A DNA stretch of 64,000 nt from Bdellovibrionota bacterium (GCA_044360195.1 JBIKKT010000015.1:429-64428); one strand, 5' to 3'. Counted from the first letter of the stretch, positions 10,210 to 20,455 are shown. Notes: generated by a model from the sequence alone, not told the origin. Translations and numbers: made by a program.

Positions 10210-11064
10210 GTGAAGGGTTATACTGCAGCCATGCGTATAGTGTTCACACTTCTTGTTGCCGCAACTGTTATTGCTATTCACATCCTTGACAGGCCGGAGT
10301 TCTATGTAGCGCGGGCGCATCAGACCAAGGCTGCTATCGGGGACTTCGTTCAGAGTAAAGATATCCGTATCGAGGGGCTTGAGCACCTCCCGCGCGCAGT
10401 GGTGGAGGCTCTCTTGCCGAGCGACCGATCGGTCCCGTGGTGGATGTCTAACAAAGAAAACATTCGTTCGCGTTTGTCGATTAATCCGTGGGTTGAGTCT
10501 GTGGTGATCGAGGGGTGCGGGGATAGTGTGACTGAGAGTTGGGGGTGTTTTGTTCTCTCGGTTAAAGAGAGGCGGGCGCGCTTTGTGGCTGTTGTTGATT
10601 CTGAGTCGTGGCTCATCGCTGAGGATGGAACTTTCCTCTCCCCGCTTGAGCGCGAGGATTGGCAAGGAGTGAAGCGTTTCCACGTCCCCAACATTGTGCG
10701 TGTAAATGGACTGGCATCACGTGTTAATTCGCCAGATGTGGCGCGTGCCCAGCTTGCTATAGCCAGTTTGGCAACAACAACTCTCGAGGAGGTAATCGGT
10801 CGCGCATTAACTGAGCTGGTTTTTTCAAGCAAGGGCGATATGCAGGCGCTATTCAAGGGGTTCTCGTTTCCGATAATCATCAGTGCCTCTCGGGATACAA
10901 GCACGCTACGCGATCAGGCCCAGCGGGCGCGGGCACTTCTGCCGAAGCTTGCTGAGCGGCTAGGGGAGATCGAGAAGGTAGACTTAGCGTTTTCTAAGGT
11001 GGGTATCGTTACCTTTAAAGCGGCGAAGGAGACACCGCCGCCCTCGAAGGGCCGTTCTCGGTAA
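10210..11064 (+). CDS. ftsQ: Cell division protein FtsQ/DivIB
   Basis: N-terminal TM, POTRA-like segment (I.IEG..HL...NPWVESV...SVKER), C-terminal VDL. Lies between murB and ftsA. Confidence 0.8.
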   Translation: MKGYTAAMRIVFTLLVAATVIAIHILDRPEFYVARAHQTKAAIGDFVQSKDIRIEGLEHLPRAVVEALLPSDRSVPWWMSNKENIRSRLSINPWVESVVIEGCGDSVTESWGCFVLSVKERRARFVAVVDSESWLIAEDGTFLSPLEREDWQGVKRFHVPNIVRVNGLASRVNSPDVARAQLAIASLATTTLEEVIGRALTELVFSSKGDMQALFKGFSFPIIISASRDTSTLRDQAQRARALLPKLAERLGEIEKVDLAFSKVGIVTFKAAKETPPPSKGRSR

Positions 11065-11189
11065 TTGGTACGTGCCCTTGACTCTGTAGGGTGCGATACT
11101 TTAAATCACTTAAAACCACTTGCAGTCTTTACAAACTGTGTTTACTCTGTCGACTGGTTGTTCCTTTAGCTTTTTCGCTGTAGAGGTGC

Positions 11190-12416
11190 ATGGCTTCCCC
11201 CGTATCGTTAATTGCTGGTCTTGATATAGGCACATCATCCATAAAGGTGGTCGTCGGTGAACGACGAACTGACGGTGCTATTGATATAGTTGGTGTTGGC
11301 ACTAGTCCATCGCGCGGCCTCCGAAAAGGCGTTGTCGTCAACATCGAGGGTACGGTGTCTGCGATCGGCAAGGCCATCGCTCAGGCTGAGACGATGGCTG
11401 GGTGTGAAATTGGCCAGGTGTTCGCCACCATCTCTGGGAGTCATCTGCGCTCGCAGAACAGTCACGGTATCGTTGGAATCAAAAATAAGGAAGTATCGCA
11501 CGTTGATATAGAGAGAGTAATAGAGGCGGCAAAGGCCGTGGCTGTTCCCCTAGATCGCGAGATTCTGCACGTTATTCCTCAGGAATTTGTTATCGATGAG
11601 CAGGACGGAGTTCGCGACCCGATCGGGATATCGGGTACCCGTTTAGAGGCCAGGGTTCACATCATAACTGGTGCCATAGCGAGTGCTCAAAACATCGTAA
11701 AGTGCGCTAACCGGTGCGGTCTCGTTGTGCAGGATATTGTGGCAGCACCGATCGCTGCGGGCCGCTCGGTGCTTTCGCAAGAGGAGCAGGAGCTTGGGGT
11801 GTGTCTCGTTGATATTGGTGCCGGTACGAGCAGTATCGCCGTGTACAACAACGGCGCTCTCAAATTTACCTCTGTTCTTGCTATTGGTGGAAACCATATT
11901 ACAAACGACATAGCAGCAGGGCTTCGAACCCCGCTTGCGGCAGCGGAGAAAATTAAGTGCGAGTACGGGACCGCGGTAGCGGCTGGGGTTAGTAAAGACG
12001 ACACCCTTGAGGTTCCTTCTGTTGGCGGTCGAGCTGCCAGGGTGCTCTCTCGGTTGGTGCTGGCTGAGATAATCGAGCCACGCGTTACTGAGATCTTTGC
12101 TCTTATACAGCGTGAAATAATAAAGGCGGGTTGCGAGGATATGCTCACAAGCGGCGTTGTCATCACTGGTGGCGGTGCACGGCTGGCTGGGATCTCAACT
12201 GTAGCTGAGAGGGTCTTTAACCTTCCCGTTCGGGTTGGTGCCCCTGCGGGTGTGGGCGGGCTAACTGAGCTTACCAAGGGGTTGGAGTACGGTGTCGGTG
12301 TGGGGCTCGTTCTTCACGGCGCCAACTACGCCGGCTCACATCGGGATAGTAACACTCGAGGTCCCCTGCGGCAGGCCGTTAAGCGGGTAGTTGGGTGGTT
12401 TGCGGAGCACTTTTAA
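11190..12416 (+). CDS. ftsA: Cell division protein FtsA
   Basis: GLDIGTS, GLRKGVVVNIE, DIGAGT, GGNHITNDIA, GVVITGGG and a C-terminal amphipathic helix. Confidence 0.98.
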   Translation: MASPVSLIAGLDIGTSSIKVVVGERRTDGAIDIVGVGTSPSRGLRKGVVVNIEGTVSAIGKAIAQAETMAGCEIGQVFATISGSHLRSQNSHGIVGIKNKEVSHVDIERVIEAAKAVAVPLDREILHVIPQEFVIDEQDGVRDPIGISGTRLEARVHIITGAIASAQNIVKCANRCGLVVQDIVAAPIAAGRSVLSQEEQELGVCLVDIGAGTSSIAVYNNGALKFTSVLAIGGNHITNDIAAGLRTPLAAAEKIKCEYGTAVAAGVSKDDTLEVPSVGGRAARVLSRLVLAEIIEPRVTEIFALIQREIIKAGCEDMLTSGVVITGGGARLAGISTVAERVFNLPVRVGAPAGVGGLTELTKGLEYGVGVGLVLHGANYAGSHRDSNTRGPLRQAVKRVVGWFAEHF

Positions 12417-12636
12417 GACGGATACGGTTTTATTTTGAGGAAAATTTATCCTCGAATGAAAACACGTTTGGTAAGGCTTTACTTTTCCACCTAAAGGGCA
12501 ATAATGCGTGGTTGAGGGTTGTGCCGAGTAATGGCGATTTCGGGCGGATGTTTTCTCAGGTGGTGCTTGAGCAGTTGTGCGAAGTTGGGATCATTCACTC
12601 GGGGTGAAGCCAGGGTGGGGTCGGGCGGAGCACGGT

Positions 12637-13893
12637 ATGAGTGAGAGCGATTCAGTCGATCAGCAGCTACGATTTGATTTTGAAGGAAGTAAACAGGGAG
12701 CGATGAGCATGAACGAGTCAGCAAAGAAGATGCTAGAGAACAGCGGCGCTAATATCAAGGTGTTTGGAATTGGTGGCGGCGGGTTAAACGCAGTCAACAA
12801 CATGATCCGTAGTGGTCTTAACGGCGTTGAGTTCTTCGCTGCTAACACCGACGCGCAGGCACTGTCATCTGCTCTTCCGGTTAACAAGATTAGACTTGGC
12901 GACGACGTTACCAAGGGGCTCGGCGCAGGCGCTGACCCTGAGGTTGGTCGCGCTGCCGCTCGTGAGAGCGTTGAGGGAATCCGAAAAGCGCTTGACGGCG
13001 CGGATATGGTATTCATCACCGCTGGTATGGGTGGTGGAACTGGAACCTACGGTGCCTCTGTTGTAGCTGAAGTTGCTAAGAGCCTCGGTTGTCTCACTGT
13101 AGGCGTTGTAACTAAACCCTTCCTCTTTGAGGGTAAGCGCCGTATGCGCAATGCTGAAAGGGGTATCGAGGAGCTCCGTAAGCACGCTGATACTCTCATC
13201 ACTATTCCCAATCAGCGCCTCCTTTCGATAGCCGGTCGTAACACCTCGTTACTTGATACATTCCGAAAGGCAGACGATGTACTTTACCAGGCAGTAAAGG
13301 GAATCAGCGATCTAATCATCTGCGAAGGCCTTGTTAACGTAGACTTTGCAGACGTTCGCGCTGTTATGTCTGAGATGGGCATGGCGATGATGGGTACTGG
13401 CGAATCAAGCGGCGATAACCGCGCTCTTGAGGCTGCTGAGAAGGCTATCTCGTCTCCGCTCCTTGAGGATATCTCAATCCACGGCGCACGTGGAGTTCTT
13501 ATCAACGTTACTGCTTCGCCTGATGTTACCCTCCAAGAGGTTAACGAGGCTGCTGAGCTTATCCACTCAGAGGCGCACGAGGATGCAAATATTATCTGGG
13601 GTATGGTTATCGATCCTAACCTCGAAGATAAGGTTCGCGTTACCGTTATCGCTACCGGCTTCGGCGACAAGGCAACTGATGATACAACCGTTACGGTTAC
13701 TCCAGTAGCTACAGGTATCAACCAAAGCATCGGTCTTCATACCTCATCTTTGGACGTTCCATCATTTGCTCGCAAGCAAGTGGCGGCAGGGTCATCTGAG
13801 GTTATCAAGCTTAAGAAGCTCTCTGTTCTCTCAACATCAGAGGATGAAGAGAAATTCGAGATCCCAACTTTCTTGCGCAAGCAGGCTGAGTAG
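12637..13893 (+). CDS. ftsZ: Cell division protein FtsZ
   Basis: IKVFGIGGGG.NAVN, GAGADPEVG, AGMGGGTGT, NVDFADV, C-terminal EIPTFLRKQ. Start chosen at ATG 12637 with a GGAG RBS; 12703 and 12709 are also possible. Confidence 0.98.
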   Translation: MSESDSVDQQLRFDFEGSKQGAMSMNESAKKMLENSGANIKVFGIGGGGLNAVNNMIRSGLNGVEFFAANTDAQALSSALPVNKIRLGDDVTKGLGAGADPEVGRAAARESVEGIRKALDGADMVFITAGMGGGTGTYGASVVAEVAKSLGCLTVGVVTKPFLFEGKRRMRNAERGIEELRKHADTLITIPNQRLLSIAGRNTSLLDTFRKADDVLYQAVKGISDLIICEGLVNVDFADVRAVMSEMGMAMMGTGESSGDNRALEAAEKAISSPLLEDISIHGARGVLINVTASPDVTLQEVNEAAELIHSEAHEDANIIWGMVIDPNLEDKVRVTVIATGFGDKATDDTTVTVTPVATGINQSIGLHTSSLDVPSFARKQVAAGSSEVIKLKKLSVLSTSEDEEKFEIPTFLRKQAE

Positions 13894-13936
13894 GTGGTAG
13901 ACGGCGCCAGGTAACGGCGTCGGACCTCGAGAACGC

Positions 13937-13990
13937 AAAGCGGCCACTAAGACCAGATTGTTTCTGAGGTCTTAGTGGCCGCTTTGTTTT
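13937..13990 (+). terminator. Intrinsic terminator after ftsZ (possibly bidirectional)
   Basis: 18-bp stem AAAGCGGCCACTAAGACC/GGTCTTAGTGGCCGCTTT followed by GTTTT. Confidence 0.85.
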
Positions 13991-14163
13991 AAGCGTGCAC
14001 CTAAAGATTCCTTAGGGAAGAACTTTCTGCCAATGCTGTTAAGCGCGTGCCGAGCGGCGCACACCCGCGCGTTTTCTCAGAGGCCGCGCGAGTCAATATC
14101 GGACCTGCGATGGGTCTGGGAGAATGCAAGGGGCGGACTTATCGGGTTGTGGGTCCGATCGCA

Positions 14164-14973
14164 TTACGGAGCCAGCGTGGGCCACAAGGCTTCAAAAGCT
14201 AGTTGAGCTTGGTAGTGAGGGATAACCTCTCGTCCTTCCCTTTCTAGGAGTGAAGCCGGAAACCCCGGCGCGATACGTACGATATCTACTACCAGGTCTG
14301 AAACGGTGAAATAGATCCGCCAACTCCCGCTGCTTAAGCGCTGCTCGCCCTGCTTGGGTGCAGTTATCCGGTTGCGTCTGCTGGGCTGAGGAGAGCGCGA
14401 TAATATCTCGTGTATGCGTGGGAAGAGGTCGATAGCCCAGGTTGAGGTAAGCCAAGCAAACTGCTGCTCAGCAACCGCGCTTAGCCGAACGAGGTAACCG
14501 GGCGTGTGCTCTTCATGTTGGACTTCGTCGAGCCACCCCTGTCTTTGGTTGGGATAGGAATCAACCGCGCTAATATAGGGCTTAATATCAAGTATAGCTG
14601 TACCATCGAGGAGGTCGGTGCTACCAACAACTAGGTTCAGTCCATCAATGGCTATAAGTGGCACTGAGGTGATACCAATTGGGTTTGGCCTGTGAGGAGA
14701 GCGAGTTGCAAATACACCCCTGCGGTGGGTGTTTCCACGTGGCGTACGCACCATCGGCCGCCAATTTGGATTACGGTCAAACCACCAGATAATCCAGACC
14801 CTCTCGAATCCCGCAAGGTCCTTAAGCGCTTCCTCGAAGTGGTTTCCCGGAAAGAGTTCAATTGTATGCGTGTCCGAAGGAGCGCGATCGGCCTGCCGGG
14901 GCGCATCAAACTTAAGGGCTAAGCCAGTGCGAATAACACCGATCGGTACGCAATGCAGGCTTTGATGCGGCAT
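14164..14973 (-). CDS. tsaA: tRNA (m6t6A37) methyltransferase TsaA/TrmO with RelE-like C-terminal domain
   Basis: PIGVI, PRQ, GVFATRSPHRPNPIG, DLLDGTAILDIKPY. Confidence 0.92.
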   Translation of the reverse strand: MPHQSLHCVPIGVIRTGLALKFDAPRQADRAPSDTHTIELFPGNHFEEALKDLAGFERVWIIWWFDRNPNWRPMVRTPRGNTHRRGVFATRSPHRPNPIGITSVPLIAIDGLNLVVGSTDLLDGTAILDIKPYISAVDSYPNQRQGWLDEVQHEEHTPGYLVRLSAVAEQQFAWLTSTWAIDLFPRIHEILSRSPQPSRRNRITAPKQGEQRLSSGSWRIYFTVSDLVVDIVRIAPGFPASLLEREGREVIPHYQAQLAFEALWPTLAP

Positions 14974-14975
14974 AA

Positions 14976-15671
14976 TTAACTTCTATACCGAAGTGGCACG
15001 CTCGGGCGAGGGGAGGTCAAGTTGACCGCGTAGGACCGAGGATCCTCCACGCTGCGACCAACCGTGAGAATAATGTCACTACTATTGTACGAAGAGAGGA
15101 GGGTGCACACGGGAGCAGGCCGCATCGGAAAACCCGAGAGCTTCACTCGTAGTATACTTAAGGGTGTAGTTACCAGACCGGGCTCTGTAACCTGAGGGGA
15201 GAAGAAGTATCTAAGGTTCGTAGAGTTCTCGAAGGAGATGACCGATTCAACGAGACTGCTTGTAACGGCTGGCGTGACCACTTGAGTAAGCGTGTGACTC
15301 AGGATCTCACCGCAGTAATCCGTTCTAGCGAGTAAGCCCTGGTAGTCCCTTCCAAGTTCCCCGCACTCAATAACGTAGCGGGCGTATTCTCCGACTATCG
15401 CTATCACTCCGAGGTCGCCGTTTGCATATCGCGCAGTGTAAACGTAGAGCGCATTAGCATCGCAGGAATAGTGGATGGGACCTAAGGGCGCATCCGGAGT
15501 GACGTGAAATCGATTGCACTCCGTTATGCTACGCGAAGCAGTGTAACCATGCTGGCTCGGAGCGCTCGGTTTTACCAATGATCCCAGGAGGCCGCACACA
15601 CCCTCGAGAAACGAGGGCGTCTCTGCATCAATGTTGCATTGTAGAGTAGTGTTAGAAGAAAGTGCGCTCAT
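14976..15671 (-). CDS. Hypothetical protein, paralogue of 15872-16576
   Basis: 231-aa ORF sharing YTAR(Y/F)ANGD and P.P.CT...S...D motifs with its neighbour. Confidence 0.7.
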   Translation of the reverse strand: MSALSSNTTLQCNIDAETPSFLEGVCGLLGSLVKPSAPSQHGYTASRSITECNRFHVTPDAPLGPIHYSCDANALYVYTARYANGDLGVIAIVGEYARYVIECGELGRDYQGLLARTDYCGEILSHTLTQVVTPAVTSSLVESVISFENSTNLRYFFSPQVTEPGLVTTPLSILRVKLSGFPMRPAPVCTLLSSYNSSDIILTVGRSVEDPRSYAVNLTSPRPSVPLRYRS

Positions 15672-15871
15672 GAGAACGGATATCTTTGCTCAAAAAAAAT
15701 GGGCCACCAAGTCCACTACACATAAAATAAATGCTCCGAGTGAGCAAGGAAAGCAGATAAAGAAACCAGACGTCTGATTCCGAACAACTCAGACAGATCC
15801 GGTGCCAAACAAACACGAGCCATCAACGGCCTATAGAGTACCACGCCCGATCTATCGATGGTCTCCACAAT

Positions 15872-16576
15872 CTACCCCACGTTTGCAACCATCGCCGCTC
15901 CAGCTCCCGCGAGGCTTGCTAGCGGTGTTGTAACGTTGACTGTCTCTGAATCTCGGTTTCGACGCCCCCAGGCGATCTTCACCAAAACGTCGAGGTTGTC
16001 CCGACTACTTTTGAAGGTGCAGGTTGGTAAGGGCCTCTGCTCATCAGACCACCCCTCGAGAGATACCCGAGTGTAGTTAAGGGTAGGTAGCTCACCTTCG
16101 GATCTGTCTGTTGGACGCATTATGAAGGCCTTAATGGCGATAAGAGAGAGTCGGCACGCCAGCGCCTCTACTGGTTTTCTGTCAGGTGAGAACTCGGTCA
16201 GTCGATGTTCCGTCAGAGGGCCACGTTCGGCGGTTTCGAGATGCAGGGCCGTGAATGCGTTACCCAAAACGCCGTCGAAGCAGATGCGGCTCATCGAGCG
16301 ACCGGCGATTAGCAGCAAAGCAACATCGCCGTTTGCAAACCGGGCAGTGTAGCAGAGGAGGCGGCGGTGGTCCGATGATAGCGCAAAAGGGATAAGAGCC
16401 TTCTTCTCTTCCACTATTGAGAGGGATACGAAGGATCTACTTCCTGGGATTCGCAGACCCGGTCGGGCTGCTCTTCGGTGCGATAATATTCGGAGTACGT
16501 GCTTCAATAGGGGCGGATACGACGGCGGTAACACAGAGATATCAACGCGGTTTCTATGTAGTGCCAACTTGAGCAT
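15872..16576 (-). CDS. Hypothetical protein, paralogue of 14976-15671
   Basis: 234-aa ORF with LLCYTARFANGDVALL and RVSLEG..RPLPTCT...VNVTTP. Confidence 0.7.
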   Translation of the reverse strand: MLKLALHRNRVDISVLPPSYPPLLKHVLRILSHRRAARPGLRIPGSRSFVSLSIVEEKKALIPFALSSDHRRLLCYTARFANGDVALLLIAGRSMSRICFDGVLGNAFTALHLETAERGPLTEHRLTEFSPDRKPVEALACRLSLIAIKAFIMRPTDRSEGELPTLNYTRVSLEGWSDEQRPLPTCTFKSSRDNLDVLVKIAWGRRNRDSETVNVTTPLASLAGAGAAMVANVG

Positions 16577-16619
16577 GCAGACACTTTACAGGCCCTGCAT
16601 CTCTTAAGGAAGGAGCCCG

Positions 16620-17831
16620 CTACTTGAGTGCCTTAAGGCCGATATTTCGCTCGAGCGAGGCGTTGTTTGCAAACGACGTAAACGCGCTAGCTATCATATC
16701 ATCGATCAGTTTCGTATACAAAACGCGAGGGTCCGACTTAGCCCACAGGTAGAACGCGCATGACCCTGGAAAGGCGTTTAACTCGTTAAAGAAAACCTGT
16801 CCTGAGGCGAGGTCTACGATAAAATCAAGTCGCGCCACACCTGAGCATCCAAGCAGAGAGAACGAGTGTTGCCCGTATCTGATAACGGCATCTCGGATTG
16901 AGCTATCAAGGTCTTTGGGGTCGATTACTCTTGTGAGGCTTGCCATACCTTGCGATTGACCGCTCTTCTTTCCGCCGTCTCGTAGATACTTCTCTTCGTA
17001 GGAGAGAACTCCCGACTGTGACACTGGTATCTCAACCACAGAGGCTTCAGCATGGCCATCTACCGAGCGAACTGAGACATTCACCTCCATGATTTCGGTA
17101 ACGCACGGCTCTATCAAAGCGGCCGTGTCGTATCGAAACACCTTAGCCAGTGCGGCCGGAAGCTCCTCGACCGACGACACCCGTGACACTCCGATACTAG
17201 AACCCAAGTTGCATGGCTTCACAAAAAGCGGAAATGTCGTGAAATGCTCCTGCTCGACTACCCAACGACATACCTCGCTAATTCCCTCGCGGGCATCATC
17301 GCGGAGAATCACAAGAGCAGGGAGAACAGGCACTCCGTGCGCCTGCAGGTACATCTTGCAGATGTACTTATTCATCGTTATTGCCGATGAGGTGACGTTA
17401 CTGCCTGTGTAGGGGATCCCCGCTAACTCAAAGAGCCCCTGCATGCATCCATCTTCACCGTACTGGCCGTGGAATACGGGAAGGATGCAGTCGATGGGGA
17501 TTATATTTTGAGCTGGCTCACCCATCAGGGTGGAGAGTAACGATCCGGTTGGCCGACCGACGAGGGTAAGCCCACCAACTCCCGGCCGCGGCAGCAGGGT
17601 TACCTCTTGCAGTGTTCCTAGGGCAGCGGGAACGTTCTTGTAGAACGAGCGTTCGAGAAGCTCCCTTCCGGTGTACCAGACTCCATTCGGTGCAATATAC
17701 ACAGGAGTAACTTCATAGCGTTCGGTATCGATAGCGAGCATTAACTGGAGCGCTGAGATAACCGAGATCTCGTGCTCAACTGAGCGACCACCAAAGAGAA
17801 CAGCAATGCGGATTTTTGGCTTTACATTCAT
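16620..17831 (-). CDS. ddl: D-alanine--D-alanine ligase family protein
   Basis: LFGGRSVEHEIS, FHGQYGEDG, FVKP..LGSSIGV, SYEEKY, ARLDF, NELNAFPG. Confidence 0.95.
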   Translation of the reverse strand: MNVKPKIRIAVLFGGRSVEHEISVISALQLMLAIDTERYEVTPVYIAPNGVWYTGRELLERSFYKNVPAALGTLQEVTLLPRPGVGGLTLVGRPTGSLLSTLMGEPAQNIIPIDCILPVFHGQYGEDGCMQGLFELAGIPYTGSNVTSSAITMNKYICKMYLQAHGVPVLPALVILRDDAREGISEVCRWVVEQEHFTTFPLFVKPCNLGSSIGVSRVSSVEELPAALAKVFRYDTAALIEPCVTEIMEVNVSVRSVDGHAEASVVEIPVSQSGVLSYEEKYLRDGGKKSGQSQGMASLTRVIDPKDLDSSIRDAVIRYGQHSFSLLGCSGVARLDFIVDLASGQVFFNELNAFPGSCAFYLWAKSDPRVLYTKLIDDMIASAFTSFANNASLERNIGLKALK

Positions 17832-17836
17832 GCTGC

Positions 17837-19474
17837 TTAAAACCTCACCTTGTTTTCGTGCAGGTCCGGGAGGTCGTTCTCAAGCAGCACGAGGTCACCT
17901 CGCGCCTGCATCTCGGAAAGGACCTGAAAAGCCTCGTCGCGAGTTGAGACGACCCGGATATTATCCCTGTTGTAATCAGCATCCTGTAGTCCAGCAAGAA
18001 GTGCATCACGATTTGCCTTTCCAACAACGATAACCACATCACACACCGCTGCTGCGAGAGCTGCAACACGTCGATTCTCCTCGTACTGCTTCTCGCCGAG
18101 TTCGATCATCCCAGGGGTCATTAGTATCCGCCGTGTAGCTTTTACCGCATCGAGAACCTCAAGGGCTGAGGCAAACCCGGTTGGGTTTGAGTTGTATGCG
18201 TCACGCAGAAACGAGACCCCGGCGGACTTATCAAGCACAAGCCTATTGTCTACTGGTTCAAGCGAAGCGATGCAGGCAACCGCATATTCAGGATCAGCAC
18301 CGAGAGCACACGCTAACGTGAATGCACCCAGGATATTAGATACCGCAGGTCGGCCGAGAAGGGGTGTTCTCGCGGCAAAAGAGTGACCGTTCCAGTTTAT
18401 CGTGAAGGTAGACCCCTGTTCATCAAATGAGAGGTCAGTTGCATGGCAGTCGAGGTGCCCACATCCTAAGTCTAAGCCATAGAGGAGCGTGGTGGCTCTA
18501 TCGTATTGACGCGCCATCCGACGCGCGCCAGGACTATCGCCGTTACACACCAGGATCCCATCATCTGGTAAACCTTGAGCGATCTCCGATTTAGCTTTAT
18601 AGACGTTCTCCTCAGAGCCGAAACGTTCGAGGTGCATGATGCCAACAGCTGTAACCAACGCTGCCTTGGGTGGGGTAAATTCGCACAGCCGCGAGATTGA
18701 GCCGATGTTGTAGGCGCCCATCTCAATCACGGCGAGCTTGTGATAGGGCTTTAGCTCCTCGCGAATAGTGCGCGTGATGCCCATCACGGTATTGATACTT
18801 TTCCGTGGCCAGAAAGTTGGCCCGACGCACCGGCTAAGCAGGTCCGCGAGCGCAGCTTTGGCGCCTGTCTTTCCGTACGAGCCAGTTATGCCGATTATAA
18901 AGGGGTCAACCTCAGCTAAAACTCGCTTCGCGTCTCTGTAGTAGAAATCTTGAATGCGCCTTTCTAGAGGAGCAAGCAGATTGTTAGAAGCGATAAGGAG
19001 AAGCGGAGGTGTCTGCACGATTACGATAGCGAACAGCGCAGTGAGGGCGTACAGCAGAACGGCTGACCATGTAAAGGTAATCATGAGGAGAGCTATGGGG
19101 GTAACGATCAGGAGTAACAGAGCCCAACTTGCAAGGTGAATCTTCTTAGCTCTCTCGGTCATGTTAAGCTTGAGCTTTCCTGATCTGCGCGGATCCTCCT
19201 CGTAAAAAAAAGAAACGGCGAGCAAGGCAGCGCAGCACAGTGCGGTAGAGAGAAAGATAGCCCAGGGAACAGCAAAGAGTAGGCCCACCATAAGGCTTAC
19301 TACGAGCGCAATCGTACCCCGCGTATCGACTGCGTTGTGACGTTTAATCCAGGCTACAAACCGCCGCTGGTTGTATTCCTCTTGCTGGAAATATCTCAGA
19401 TACGAAAGCAGCCGCCGACCAGCAAAGGCAACAGAAAACGCGACGAGCAGAATACACGAGAACTTATTTAGCAC
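17837..19474 (-). CDS. murF: UDP-MurNAc-tripeptide--D-Ala-D-Ala ligase with N-terminal TM helices
   Basis: IGITGSYGKT, EMGA, HLERF, DAYNSNP.G, TPGMIELG, ENDLPD, plus about five hydrophobic N-terminal segments. Confidence 0.9.
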   Translation of the reverse strand: MLNKFSCILLVAFSVAFAGRRLLSYLRYFQQEEYNQRRFVAWIKRHNAVDTRGTIALVVSLMVGLLFAVPWAIFLSTALCCAALLAVSFFYEEDPRRSGKLKLNMTERAKKIHLASWALLLLIVTPIALLMITFTWSAVLLYALTALFAIVIVQTPPLLLIASNNLLAPLERRIQDFYYRDAKRVLAEVDPFIIGITGSYGKTGAKAALADLLSRCVGPTFWPRKSINTVMGITRTIREELKPYHKLAVIEMGAYNIGSISRLCEFTPPKAALVTAVGIMHLERFGSEENVYKAKSEIAQGLPDDGILVCNGDSPGARRMARQYDRATTLLYGLDLGCGHLDCHATDLSFDEQGSTFTINWNGHSFAARTPLLGRPAVSNILGAFTLACALGADPEYAVACIASLEPVDNRLVLDKSAGVSFLRDAYNSNPTGFASALEVLDAVKATRRILMTPGMIELGEKQYEENRRVAALAAAVCDVVIVVGKANRDALLAGLQDADYNRDNIRVVSTRDEAFQVLSEMQARGDLVLLENDLPDLHENKVRF

Positions 19475-20318
19475 CGCCGACTCCTATCTCAGAGAGAAAA
19501 TGTTCGATATGGGTTGCTAGGAGGTGAGAGCCTACATCTCTAAAAGGCTCGTGGCCACGAGCAGGGAGCACTACTAACTTTGAGCCCTGAAGAAGTTGCT
19601 GATACCTGTATCCTATGGCAACCGGCGCTTGAGCATCATCCTCTCCCCATAGTAAAAGCGCCGGAGCCTTTATAGTGCTCGCCTGCGATGTCAGGTCCTC
19701 GTTAACCAGCTTTACAAGTGTCTTTCGCAGCTTCCCTGCGGCCTGATAATCACGCGAGCCGAAGCGCGGCGCTAGGTAGTGAGGAAAAAAGCGCGAGCCG
19801 GTTAAGGAATCGATCCGCTTTGCGACACTGACCAGCCCCTTTATCCAGCGCGAACGGAGCTCCTGCTTTAGGGGTCGGTTGTAGGGGAGCCCTGGTGTAC
19901 CAATAAGAACAAGGGCGGTCACCGCCTCTGGGTACGTGGCTGCTAGTCGCACAGAGACTCGCCCACCAAGGGAGTGACCAATCAGAGTGCACTGCTCAAC
20001 GCCAAGCTTTAAGAGGAGCTCGTGCACCGCTTTTGCGAATTCTGGGGTGCCCCAACCACCACCGTCATCTGAGGCAGCGGGTGGAAGAGGGGAGCGGCCA
20101 AATCCTGGAATATCAACCAAAATAACCCGATAGCTCCCTGATAGGTTCTCGCCAAGCTGACGTAGGTCTTCAAGGGAGTGCATCCACCCGTGCAGAAGGA
20201 CCAACGTTGGCCCATCTGTGCCCAGGAGCTCGTAGTGGATACCGCCCGGGTCGTTGTAAGTAGGGTCGTTGTAAGCTGCGCCGTTGCCAACGGGGTTGGT
20301 TGTCACTTCAGAAGACAT
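19464..20318 (-). CDS. Alpha/beta hydrolase
   Basis: LHGW, DIPGFG.S, nucleophile GHSLGG, LWGEDD, GHEPF. Likely ATG at 20318. Overlaps the murF start. Confidence 0.92.
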   Translation of the reverse strand: MSSEVTTNPVGNGAAYNDPTYNDPGGIHYELLGTDGPTLVLLHGWMHSLEDLRQLGENLSGSYRVILVDIPGFGRSPLPPAASDDGGGWGTPEFAKAVHELLLKLGVEQCTLIGHSLGGRVSVRLAATYPEAVTALVLIGTPGLPYNRPLKQELRSRWIKGLVSVAKRIDSLTGSRFFPHYLAPRFGSRDYQAAGKLRKTLVKLVNEDLTSQASTIKAPALLLWGEDDAQAPVAIGYRYQQLLQGSKLVVLPARGHEPFRDVGSHLLATHIEHFLSEIGVGGAK

Positions 20319-20455
20319 GTCGTGATAGTTGCCCATAGAGCGCTTCAGGACAAGGGAGTAGCAGTTTAGAGGAGGGATTTTTTTTCGACCTCCAGCTCTC
20401 TCAGAAGCCATTTTCTGCCTACCCGAAAACCTCACGATAAAACATAATTACCCCT

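Noticed and set aside
9246-13730. Long antisense ORFs over murB, ftsQ, ftsA and ftsZ (e.g. 244, 196 and 148 aa)
   Set aside because: Shadow frames of well-supported genes, expected at this GC content.
20248-20276. Short tandem duplication encoding YNDP-T-YNDP at the hydrolase N-terminus
   Set aside because: A simple slippage duplication in a variable region.
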